NCBI GenBank assembly: GCA_016180035.1
Contig: JACPCA010000008.1
Span: forward strand, 1-48,250
DNA: 48,250 nt
From: Candidatus Woesearchaeota archaeon
GTDB taxonomy: Archaea > Nanobdellota > Nanobdellia > Woesearchaeales > UBA12501
Direction: 5' to 3'
Below are positions 28,901 through 36,408 of the stretch, piece after piece; the stretch's first letter is position 1; the number at the start of each line of letters is the position of its first letter. Below the pieces are notes generated by a model. It saw only the letters and a list, made by a program, of their open reading frames with translations, was not told the origin of the DNA and did no database searches. The position numbers were made by a program, and so were the translations under genes.

Positions 28901-31538
28901 CGTCACACAACTTCTGGGCAGCATCACGCGCCTTGATAAATTCGTTAAAATACAAGTCATGCGCTTCCTGGAACGCTGCGTCATACACTGCCTTTGCGCC
29001 GGCATCCGTATACTTCGACTGTTCATAGCCTTGCCATGCTGTGCGCGTCAGCTGGACTGCCCGTTCATACGCTGCCTTGACCGCTGAAAATTTGTTTTTG
29101 GCATCCTCACACTGCTGCTTTGTTTCAACATCTTTCGGGTTAGGACAATTTTTACCGTAGGTTGCCGGGCCTGTGTAGGGTTTGTCGTAGAGCGGATTGC
29201 CGCATTGCATCCTGGTCAGGTCATCCCTGCGGGCATCGCCAGGCTCACAAGTATTGCCGCTGAAAGGGACGTAGAACCTGGCATCAGGTGTTGAAGGGCA
29301 TGATTCGCAGCAGATGAATACTCCTTCATCCTGAGGGGCTTCCGGTGGATTTGAATCACTGCCGGAACTGCTGGCTGGAGCATTATCGAATGGAGAAGCT
29401 TCTGGAGGGACCATCATCCAATCGGGTGGCGTGTACTGCTGGTCATCAGCATTTCCGTTTTCTCTCTGCGCCTGTTCTCCTGGCGCTGCTTCCTGGCCAA
29501 CGGGCTGCTCTGGTGAGGGGACATACGGCTTGTTGGGATCAATGCCATGCGCCAGATTCCACGCGTCTATGTCTGCCTGCTTTTGCGGCTGGCATTTTTT
29601 TCTGGCATCAAGGATCTTGTCCATGTTGTAGTTGATCTCCCGCACCATATCTGTCATCTCGTCATTGCAGGCTTTATAGACATCATCGGACATTTCTTCA
29701 TAGTTGTAACATGTTTTTGCTTCGTCGGGGATCATGCTGTTCCCGTACATATTCATGCAGTCGTCAGTGGCTTGCTGGACTTGAGGCGGGAAGGCATTTT
29801 CATTCATCAGGTAATCCATGAACTCCGAGCACACATTGAACGGTTTAGCGCCAAGCATGCTGATAATCACTTGATCGCCGCTGATCTGCACGCCGAACGG
29901 GCTCATTTCCTCGTGCATGGTCGATTTAATCTGCCCGGAAATGCGATCGCAGGCTTTCTTGAACCCTGGATCGGCCGCGTCACTGCTGCCAGCACGGTCA
30001 TCTTGAAGATCTGCTGCCTGATAACCGGTGAGGTAGGTGATCGGCGCGCTTATCTTTTCGCCGCCAAGAACATCAAGCCCGAAGATGCTGTCAAGAAAAA
30101 AGGCGCCGGTCGGCAGAAGGCCGATGATCTTGGTATTCCCGCTCAGATCCGTGAAGACGGCATTGCCGTTCTGGACACCATCAAAATGGAGGATGTGCGT
30201 CCTGCCCTTGCCTTCTGAACCAGCTGTTGTAATGAAGCGATCATCTTGATTGATGACATAGTCCGAGGCATTTCTTCCTTCAGTAAAAATGATGTTGTAC
30301 TCTTCTGTGCCATATTTGAGCGTATTGCCCACCAGGCTGAGGAGGCGGACGTCGTACTGCTGGCCGTTATTATTGACAAATTCGAGATCGTAATTGCTGT
30401 CGCGCGCGTCAAAGGTGGCAACAGATCCGCCAGTCGCTGACGACGATGGAAGCGATGTGCCTGCAGAGCTGCTGAATGACAGGTCAAACGCAGAGGAGAG
30501 CAGCCCCATCGGCGCCCGGTGATACAGAGAAAGCCAGCTGCCAGTCGGGACGAACACGTCGCCACCAGGGCCTGCTGCTTCGAGGCGGTAGGAAAGTGCA
30601 GAGATAGAGACGACGCTATTGCTGGTTGACCCTTGTATCTTGAGTTTGGAATCGACAAGGCGGTCTCCATTGACTTGGACGCCGCCAGCGGTAAAGGAAT
30701 TGTCGGTGATGTCCGCATCTTCCATCACTATCGAACGCGGGCCTGCAAGGATCGTCACCATATCACCATGGCTTCCTGTTCCCTCCCCTGCTTCATTGGG
30801 AACAATGTCCAAGACAGTGAGGATGGCGATATCGCTGGCATAGAGAGTCTTTCCCTTCTCCATGGCAGGAGTAAGATTCCCATTGACACGGAGCACCACC
30901 GTCGGCGGCGTTGCCGTATCAGAAACAGAGAAAACCTCAATAAGGATAGTTGAGCTGCCGACAGAGATCGTCTCTTTTGACCCTTCCACCAGCGTTTTTT
31001 GAACTGGGCTTCCTGACAGGTGAAGCTCGATGGCATTGTTGCGGAGCTCTGCGCTGCTGATCGTGAAATCCTGGCCGAGGATGGAAAGGCTCTTGCCCGT
31101 CAGGTCAACCAGATCGTTGGATTGGATCTCGCTGCGGAGCGGTGCGGAAAACGACATGCGGTACTCAAAGATATCATCGCCATTCTTGCATACCAAATAG
31201 TCCCCGGGCTCTCCTTCTTCGTTCTCTGCAAAGCGGCGCGTGCAGGACTCGATCGGGTCGCCGGCAACATTGTCCTGAAACACGATGAATTGGGAGTATT
31301 CTGCCTTTCCTTCGTTGGTAAAGAGGGAGCCGTCAGCAAGGCCGTCCCAATCATGGCTCGTCAAGGAGCGGTACTCCTGGCCGATGTTTTCGTTCACGTC
31401 AAGCTTTTGCAGGACAAGGTCCCCCGTTGGAAACTCAGAAAAGGACGACAAGACTGCGATGCTGATGGCGACAAAGGCAAGAACAATGATGACTGCAGCA
31501 CGCGGATAGGGAGCATCGCCTCTTTTTTTATCCATCAT
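25977..31538 (-). CDS. Large secreted S-layer-like surface protein with an internal repeat-rich insertion
   Basis: N-terminal hydrophobic signal; acidic beta-rich N and C portions; four CTD(S/T)DG Cys-rich repeats; a duplicated CRG..C..VGENCA..KCS.DVPGEG domain; 16-17 aa helical repeats. Confidence 0.75.
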   Translation of the reverse strand: MMDKKRGDAPYPRAAVIIVLAFVAISIAVLSSFSEFPTGDLVLQKLDVNENIGQEYRSLTSHDWDGLADGSLFTNEGKAEYSQFIVFQDNVAGDPIESCTRRFAENEEGEPGDYLVCKNGDDIFEYRMSFSAPLRSEIQSNDLVDLTGKSLSILGQDFTISSAELRNNAIELHLSGSPVQKTLVEGSKETISVGSSTILIEVFSVSDTATPPTVVLRVNGNLTPAMEKGKTLYASDIAILTVLDIVPNEAGEGTGSHGDMVTILAGPRSIVMEDADITDNSFTAGGVQVNGDRLVDSKLKIQGSTSNSVVSISALSYRLEAAGPGGDVFVPTGSWLSLYHRAPMGLLSSAFDLSFSSSAGTSLPSSSATGGSVATFDARDSNYDLEFVNNNGQQYDVRLLSLVGNTLKYGTEEYNIIFTEGRNASDYVINQDDRFITTAGSEGKGRTHILHFDGVQNGNAVFTDLSGNTKIIGLLPTGAFFLDSIFGLDVLGGEKISAPITYLTGYQAADLQDDRAGSSDAADPGFKKACDRISGQIKSTMHEEMSPFGVQISGDQVIISMLGAKPFNVCSEFMDYLMNENAFPPQVQQATDDCMNMYGNSMIPDEAKTCYNYEEMSDDVYKACNDEMTDMVREINYNMDKILDARKKCQPQKQADIDAWNLAHGIDPNKPYVPSPEQPVGQEAAPGEQAQRENGNADDQQYTPPDWMMVPPEASPFDNAPASSSGSDSNPPEAPQDEGVFICCESCPSTPDARFYVPFSGNTCEPGDARRDDLTRMQCGNPLYDKPYTGPATYGKNCPNPKDVETKQQCEDAKNKFSAVKAAYERAVQLTRTAWQGYEQSKYTDAGAKAVYDAAFQEAHDLYFNEFIKARDAAQKLCDAGIDATPQPEQRQAPSVPSTGGATLPSPKLVVPPPGASPPQLAPGSSSTVNVRFQPVVKTAYLLPGSQHVVVEADASFLNHQITICRGDSCVSFMPEVGENCATESKCSMDVPGEGEITVKLDGVPARMDSQPSATQTTNSPATPSCTDSDGKDFNNQGKVTGIDSNGVGFEFTDSCLGLSMLNEYICNGVEPQFINVECDCEGGACKEKVNRFTPQTVLPANTPSCTDSDGGINYYKKGTAIEVSETGKVHEEHDFCADSIFDMKYPDRAETLVEVYCDQNKIRDKSIKCLCMGGQCVDIKKNPDPESSLTGPIPKNEGGSCTDTDGDNPKTQGSATETRADGSSRTYKDMCHDPHTLYESICKGDVYGVVSYDCDCQGDHCVEPQERVRQGKGSCTDSDGGFEPYTSGFTSGALDDGTPFQHYDECFYDEWKYVGEPLQKEEYLIEQVCAGDKPEKMDFSLCTNCQEGACERQPQPSPETPKTAAVIYQLPGTNKVVLSMDEPLIGKSVTLCRGKSCVTIDPKVGENCASETKCSADVPGEGGPLQALVNDKVVAEEADAARQAREKQYNKMMNEYDERLKREKLYDKMIEDYNTQQRMKLYDEMIERYEREQREKGYDQMFKEDEDRQARDKIYDQMIREYEESLQGQQGMPETGQPAGNEAGGEAGGEKSIIDKISDFFSDLFSAFQSDNAINEPPQAATFDKEVTTDFSTKTLDDLKRVDRLTLGRNGLGKIEFAKAVDARGLNLDESVIFSKNRVEVDSSKAPELDKPAIVTLENVDMINPVIYKDGKPCESCTIVEYNKETKQLTFTVEGFTAYEAIDAAGLGQGSLVLSGVSYEFFINPAGDKLVVDQNADGTLNGAAIPINIMGNGILELGAAGSPTDITLRTLKRYLSNSSSPDETTTIRFSVTDGEIGVSLPGLRTYDAGDYEEAMTVYGTHFRLEDTTRRNDLIVEYPSRQRSASVNVGVER

Positions 31539-31580
31539 TGATAAATAAGGCCTGCGCTTTTTATACTTTGTGGTTTAGGG

Positions 31581-31877
31581 TAATACTTCAGCTTTGTGAA
31601 GCGTTACCGTCCAGGGGTCGAGCCTCTTCCATGTCTTTGTCGAGACTGACAAGGGGGACGCCCCATCCGGGGAATGTCAGTTCTCAATACCCTGAGCGAA
31701 GGCGAGAAGACGGTAACGCTTCACAATGAAGCAGGGAGAGCATCTTCGAAATCCTCGACGTAAAATGGAGGGCGCTGCGTCCCCGGATGGGGCATCCCCC
31801 CGCAACGCGCCCGACAAAGAAACGAGAGGATTTCGACCTCAATGATGCTCTCCCTGCTTCAGGAAGCTGAAGTATTA
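31581..31877. mobile_element. MITE family B (297 bp)
   Basis: Perfect 14-bp TIR TAATACTTCAGCTT/AAGCTGAAGTATTA; flanks TGGTTTAGGG/TGGTTTAGGT (9 of 10 identical); perfect internal arms of 17 and 18 bp. Confidence 0.85.
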
Positions 31878-31881
31878 TGGT

Positions 31882-32424
31882 TTAGGTCAGTTTATGTTTG
31901 GGATACCCTTTACCGCCATGACGACGAAGAAGGGCGATGATGCGCGGCAGAGAAATTGGTTTTGCAGTATTGATGATGATAGGGTCATGGCCGTGCTCAA
32001 CAGCGTCAGAATGGCAGGCTTCCATGATCTCGCATTCCAGATTATCATCTATCTTTTGTTTGGAGTAGCCTTTCTTCTTGAGGCGCTGATAGAGCGTCTT
32101 CAGGCTGCAGGTTGTCACGATGCAGGCATCAACAAGTTTGGGGGAAGCAGAATAAGAGAGATGGGAATCGATGATGAGGTTGGCCTGCTTCTTGGCATGC
32201 TGCTTTTCTCTGTCGGAAGCAGTCATGATAAGCGCATCGAGCTCCCTGCCGAGCTTTTGCTCGTCAACAACCGTGCAGCGCCGCTTCCAGTCGTAACTCT
32301 CCCCCAGTCTCTTTTTCTTAAGGAGGGCGTTCACGTCAACATAGGTATACCCCCATGCTTTCGCAAGCCTTTTTGCAAGAGTGGTTTTCCCTGTTCCAGG
32401 AGTTCCGGTGATAATAAGGATCAT
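31882..32424 (-). CDS. Adenylate kinase AK6/Fap7-like NTPase
   Basis: IITGTPGTGKTT P-loop, IIDSHLS, RLKKKGYSKQKIDDNLECEI. Confidence 0.9.
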   Translation of the reverse strand: MILIITGTPGTGKTTLAKRLAKAWGYTYVDVNALLKKKRLGESYDWKRRCTVVDEQKLGRELDALIMTASDREKQHAKKQANLIIDSHLSYSASPKLVDACIVTTCSLKTLYQRLKKKGYSKQKIDDNLECEIMEACHSDAVEHGHDPIIINTAKPISLPRIIALLRRHGGKGYPKHKLT

Positions 32425-32798
32425 GACAACGCCTCGCGGTGCTTGCTCAAGCAAGTATCGAGTCCGGCCTGATCCCCCCACTGGCAAGCCTTGTTCACGC
32501 AGATGCAGGAAGCATCTTGATAACAGGCATATTCTTCCTTCCATTCACAGGTGGTTATGGCAGGATCGGCGCTGACAGATTGGCAGATCGTTCCAGAACA
32601 GCCGGCAGTGATGCAGTCAGCGTCCGCAGCGCATGAAGCAGGACGAATGGGCTGGTCATCAGATTGCGGAGGGGAAATTGCAGAAGGAGGGAGAGTGTTT
32701 GGCACAGGCGAACAGCTGCTAACAACAAGGAGGATGAGGATGGATGGGATAAAGAGTACACTCTTCCCATGATCGCCAAAGGTTTGAAAGGATCGCAT
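32421..32798 (-). CDS. Eight-cysteine-cluster domain surface/lipoprotein
   Basis: Signal with VSSC; C..D.DC..AGCSG.IC..TTCEW..EY.CY..C.C..C.W pattern; start uncertain. Confidence 0.75.
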   Translation of the reverse strand: MRSFQTFGDHGKSVLFIPSILILLVVSSCSPVPNTLPPSAISPPQSDDQPIRPASCAADADCITAGCSGTICQSVSADPAITTCEWKEEYACYQDASCICVNKACQWGDQAGLDTCLSKHREALS

Positions 32799-32932
32799 GA
32801 ACTTCATAGGGAGGGGTTGGTATATAAAGTTTAGGAAGGCAAACATAAAACACTCCATGTATCCCTGCTGTATCCCGAAATCCTTATAAATGACGTGGGA
32901 ATCATGCGGGTTATGATAGAGACTATGCCTTC

Positions 32933-33086
32933 GGGGGCGTAGTATAACCTGGCTAGAATGGCTGGCTCCAGCAATGGAGCGATGAGCTGCAGAATATCTG
33001 CAGCGATGATGAAACGCTGTGGTCTGTTGAAGCTTTCGCTTCAATGAAGAGACCAGCAGGTCTGGGTTCGAATCCCAGCGCCCCCA
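32933..33086 (+). tRNA. trnW: tRNA-Trp(CCA) with an 80-nt intron at 37/38 (32972-33051)
   Basis: Acceptor GGGGGCG/CGCCCCC+A; anticodon arm GCTGG-CT-CCA-G|intron|A-CCAGC; T-arm CTGGG-TTCGAAT-CCCAG; relaxed BHB. Confidence 0.93.
32972..33051 (+). ncRNA. Intron-encoded box C/D guide RNA (predicted Cm34 and Cm39), permuted layout
   Basis: Guide TGGAGC + D-like ATGA (32982-85); C-box ATGATGA (33006-12); guide TGGTCT + TTGA (33027-30); C-like ATGAAGA (33044-50). The fifth nucleotide before each D-like box pairs with C34 and C39 respectively. Confidence 0.75.
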
Positions 33087-33143
33087 AATTTTTTAGTTGA
33101 AAAGATTATTGTTCTACTGATTGGGGGAATTAAGAGAAGTAAA

Positions 33144-33326
33144 TAACAAAACCGGCAGAGCCGGTAACGGGTTACGGCGCCGCCACGCATAGGCCTATAG
33201 ATTATGTCCGTTTTTCTTGCCCCTCACTGGTGTAGGGCAAGAAAAACGGAATTGATAAAGTACTGCGATCGTGGCGACGCAGATGTCCCGTGACCCGCTG
33301 AGCGTAGCGAAGCCGGGTATTTTGTT
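33144..33326. repeat. REPIN-like family C, copy 2
   Basis: Homologous to 8450-8623, with compensatory changes in the apical stem (33207-33222/33235-33250). Confidence 0.85.
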
Positions 33327-33423
33327 TTCTGTAGTTCACATCAGTTAGTATAGCACATCTTAGAATAAACACAGGCCTGACAGTATCACAAAAAGAAAAT
33401 GAAAGAAAAATAACAGCTGATCC

Positions 33424-34737
33424 TTACGCCAGCTGCTCTGCGGTCAGCACCTGGACTGGAGAGGCGCCAAGCTTGGCGTCAGTTCCCATCCCGATGAGGA
33501 ATTTGATCCTTGACTTTTCTGCAGTCTGGACGATTTCCCGATCGACGCTGCCGTCAAAGATGACTGCATAGACGCCGGAACCAAGGCTGTTCACCGTCGG
33601 GACAAGCTCTGTCAAGGGGACTTTTCCGAGAATGTTGAGCTTTTCATCAAGGATGAAGGCTCCCCTCGTCCCGATCAGGTCGTCGAGCATTCCCTTAAAC
33701 GTGCTTTTTTCTGTTGAAGAGATAGCGGCGCGGGAGCGCGGCGGCGGATAAGCTCCACGGGAAGACGAAGCAGGCGGCTGCCCATTTGCCATCGAAGGCG
33801 GCGGCGACTGCCCCTGCATTGGCGGCCTTGCGAACCTTGACGGTGCCTGCTGCGGCTGCTGCTTGTTGAAGCTGCGCTGCGGCTGCTGGGACATCCGTGA
33901 TGAACTATCCATCTCCTGCTGGAACTGTTCTGCCGTCATCTTGGACCGGAGAGCCTGATGGATCTCTTTCTTCGTCAGCTCTTCAACCTCTTTTCCGTCT
34001 GGCGCGCTGGTCACGAAATCGATGGAAGCGACCTGGAGGAGCTCCTTGATGTTCAGGATCCCGCCCCTGTCGCCGTCGACAAAGACCGTGACTTCCTTCT
34101 TGCGGCACAGGTCAATGACGGTCTGGCTTGCGGACGTGCCGTTCATGGCGACGACGTTCTTGATGCCGTGCTTCAGCATGGTGAGAACGTCAGCCCTGCC
34201 TTCGACGAGGATGATCTCTTCTATATCGTCGATGCCGGGGCCGCAAGGAAGGCGGTCCTTGCCGTACTCCTGGACTTCCATGACCCTGACAGAGTATGCA
34301 ACTTCATCTGCCAATTCCTGAGAATCCGGCATGACGCTGTCGATCATGTCTCGCAGCAGCTCTTTTGCCCTTGTCACGACAAAGGTGCGCTTGGAAACAC
34401 GGACGTCTTCGATCTTGGTGACGCGTATCCTGGCATTGCAGGGGCCGATGCGCTGGATGATCTCAAACGCGGCAGCGATGATAGCGGTCTCCGCCTTGTC
34501 AAGGGATGAAGGGACAATGATCTCTCCTTTCGTCTTTCCTGTCTTGGTGTCGACGTTGACTTCAATCCTGCCGATCCTTCCGGAACGCTGGAGCTCTCTC
34601 AGCTCAAGGTCAGCTCCGAGAAGGCCTTCAGTCTGGCCGAATACCGCGCCGATAACGTCAGGCGTGTCAACAACACCGTCAATGTCGATCGTTGAGTGAA
34701 TGATATATTTTGCAGATACTGGACTGATCTTTCCCAT
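33424..34737 (-). CDS. dnaG: Archaeal DnaG (exosome-associated, TOPRIM)
   Basis: DVIGAVFGQTEGLLG, ELQRSGRIGRI, VEGRADV, DGDRGG, APDGKEVEEL. Confidence 0.96.
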   Translation of the reverse strand: MGKISPVSAKYIIHSTIDIDGVVDTPDVIGAVFGQTEGLLGADLELRELQRSGRIGRIEVNVDTKTGKTKGEIIVPSSLDKAETAIIAAAFEIIQRIGPCNARIRVTKIEDVRVSKRTFVVTRAKELLRDMIDSVMPDSQELADEVAYSVRVMEVQEYGKDRLPCGPGIDDIEEIILVEGRADVLTMLKHGIKNVVAMNGTSASQTVIDLCRKKEVTVFVDGDRGGILNIKELLQVASIDFVTSAPDGKEVEELTKKEIHQALRSKMTAEQFQQEMDSSSRMSQQPQRSFNKQQPQQAPSRFARPPMQGQSPPPSMANGQPPASSSRGAYPPPRSRAAISSTEKSTFKGMLDDLIGTRGAFILDEKLNILGKVPLTELVPTVNSLGSGVYAVIFDGSVDREIVQTAEKSRIKFLIGMGTDAKLGASPVQVLTAEQLA

Positions 34738-35392
34738 GGTATGAACCCTCCGTTGCGTAGTTGGTTATTTTTCACGATAACGCCAAGAGAACAAAGAACA
34801 GAACAGCAAACAGAACAGACCTTTTTCAATCTGTTCTTCACGGTCATAAAAGGATGGATAAAGGAACGTGATAATCTCTTATTTGCTTTCTATTCTATCT
34901 GCTTTCTCTGGGTCTCGTTTTCTTTATGTCTTGAGTAACAATTCTTACAACAATGAATGGAAAATTGTCGCCCGACGTACTAACTCCCAAGCTCATGGCT
35001 TGAGTTTATCGTATGCTCCCTTGGGTACTCTCGTATCGGGCTGGATCGTGAAAGAGTGTCTTATAGTCACCACCAAACAGAATGTTCAGTTCATACAAGG
35101 ACCCATTTTCACAAGAAGACAATAATGGAGCTCCTTAATAAAGCTTATGGATATAAGTGATACAGGGATAATAAGGGTTGGATAAAGAGGTACTGGTAGG
35201 AAATTGCAGATAGAGAACAAAAATTCCCCTGGATAGCCGAAGCCATCCAGAGGAAAGAGGTGTTTAGACATGTTGGGTTAAAAACAGGGTGTTTTTAACT
35301 ACTAAACAGGAAGAAAGAGTTGTATATAAACCTTACTGGCTAAACGGCTCTGAAGAGACAGCTGAAGAGGCGAACCAGCTCATTTTATAAAG

Positions 35393-36202
35393 ATGGCCAG
35401 CCCAAATTGGACTGAAACAGAGATCTCAAGAACCATGCCCCCCATCACCCGCGAAAAATTCAGGACCTCCCAGGCAGTATTCGACAACCATACCGAACGA
35501 TGCCTGTTCAAGCTCTCTTCTCAAGGCCATTTTCTTCATCTGGAAAGCCCGATATCCATCGGAAAAGAAGCAAACCTGTTTACTGCCAGAAAGGCAGACA
35601 AGAGCTTCTGCATCATCAAGATTTACCGTGTGGAAAACTGCGACTTCAACAAGATGTATGATTACCTGAAGCTCGACCCGAGATACCCGCTGCCGAAGAA
35701 AAACCGCCGCCACGTCATCTTCACCTGGGCACGGCGCGAATACCGCAACCTCCTCAAGGCAAGAGAGGCTGGCGTGAGGGTTCCAACACCCTACGCCGTG
35801 CTTGACAACATCATCGTCATGGAACTCATCGGCGATAAGGAAGCAGGCAAGCCATCACCGAAACTGAAGGACTGCCCGCCAGCGAATCCTGAACATTTTT
35901 TTGAGATCATCCAAGCCCAGATGGCGCTCCTGTACCGCGCAGGTTTGATCCATGGGGATCTCTCCAAGTTCAATATCCTCAACTGGGATGATAAGCCCGT
36001 CCTGATCGACATGTCCCAATCGACGACAACAGAGGGGAGCAATGCTCAAGAGCTTCTCGAAAGGGATGTGAGGAACGTCATGGCCTATTTCGAGAAAAGC
36101 GGCATGCCTCTCCAAGCAGGCACGATGATACAGAAGATCACCAGCAGACTCAGAAGCGCGCCAGAGAAGAAAGGGAGTGGCAAGAGAAGGAAAGAAAAGT
36201 AG
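35393..36202 (+). CDS. rio1: RIO1 family atypical Ser/Thr kinase
   Basis: SIGKEAN, IKIYR, DPRY, WARREYRNL, IHGDLSKFNIL, IDMSQS, LERDVRN. Confidence 0.95.
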   Translation: MASPNWTETEISRTMPPITREKFRTSQAVFDNHTERCLFKLSSQGHFLHLESPISIGKEANLFTARKADKSFCIIKIYRVENCDFNKMYDYLKLDPRYPLPKKNRRHVIFTWARREYRNLLKAREAGVRVPTPYAVLDNIIVMELIGDKEAGKPSPKLKDCPPANPEHFFEIIQAQMALLYRAGLIHGDLSKFNILNWDDKPVLIDMSQSTTTEGSNAQELLERDVRNVMAYFEKSGMPLQAGTMIQKITSRLRSAPEKKGSGKRRKEK

Positions 36203-36408
36203 GATGTATTGGAGCGCTTGTCTCGTCGAAGAAAAAAAAAGAAAAAAGATGTGGAACTTTGGTTCTCACATCAAAGATAGCCAAGTTTTCTCATAAAAAG
36301 GACTCATTTATAAATTTTTTGCGGATCTCGGCGTATAGAAAGCAGTAAAAAGCGCCCCAAAACTGGTTTGAAGGATAGAAAAGAGCCCAATAAAAGAAAT
36401 ACCCGTGC

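Noticed and set aside
32799..33044. N-terminal part of ORF 32421-33044
   Set aside because: It overlaps tRNA-Trp and the divergent promoter region.
34924..35125. RNase P RNA or SRP RNA
   Set aside because: Only short lookalikes (AAACAGAA; AAGGGAGCA on the minus strand); the GAGGAAAGUCC core and SRP helix 8 context are missing.
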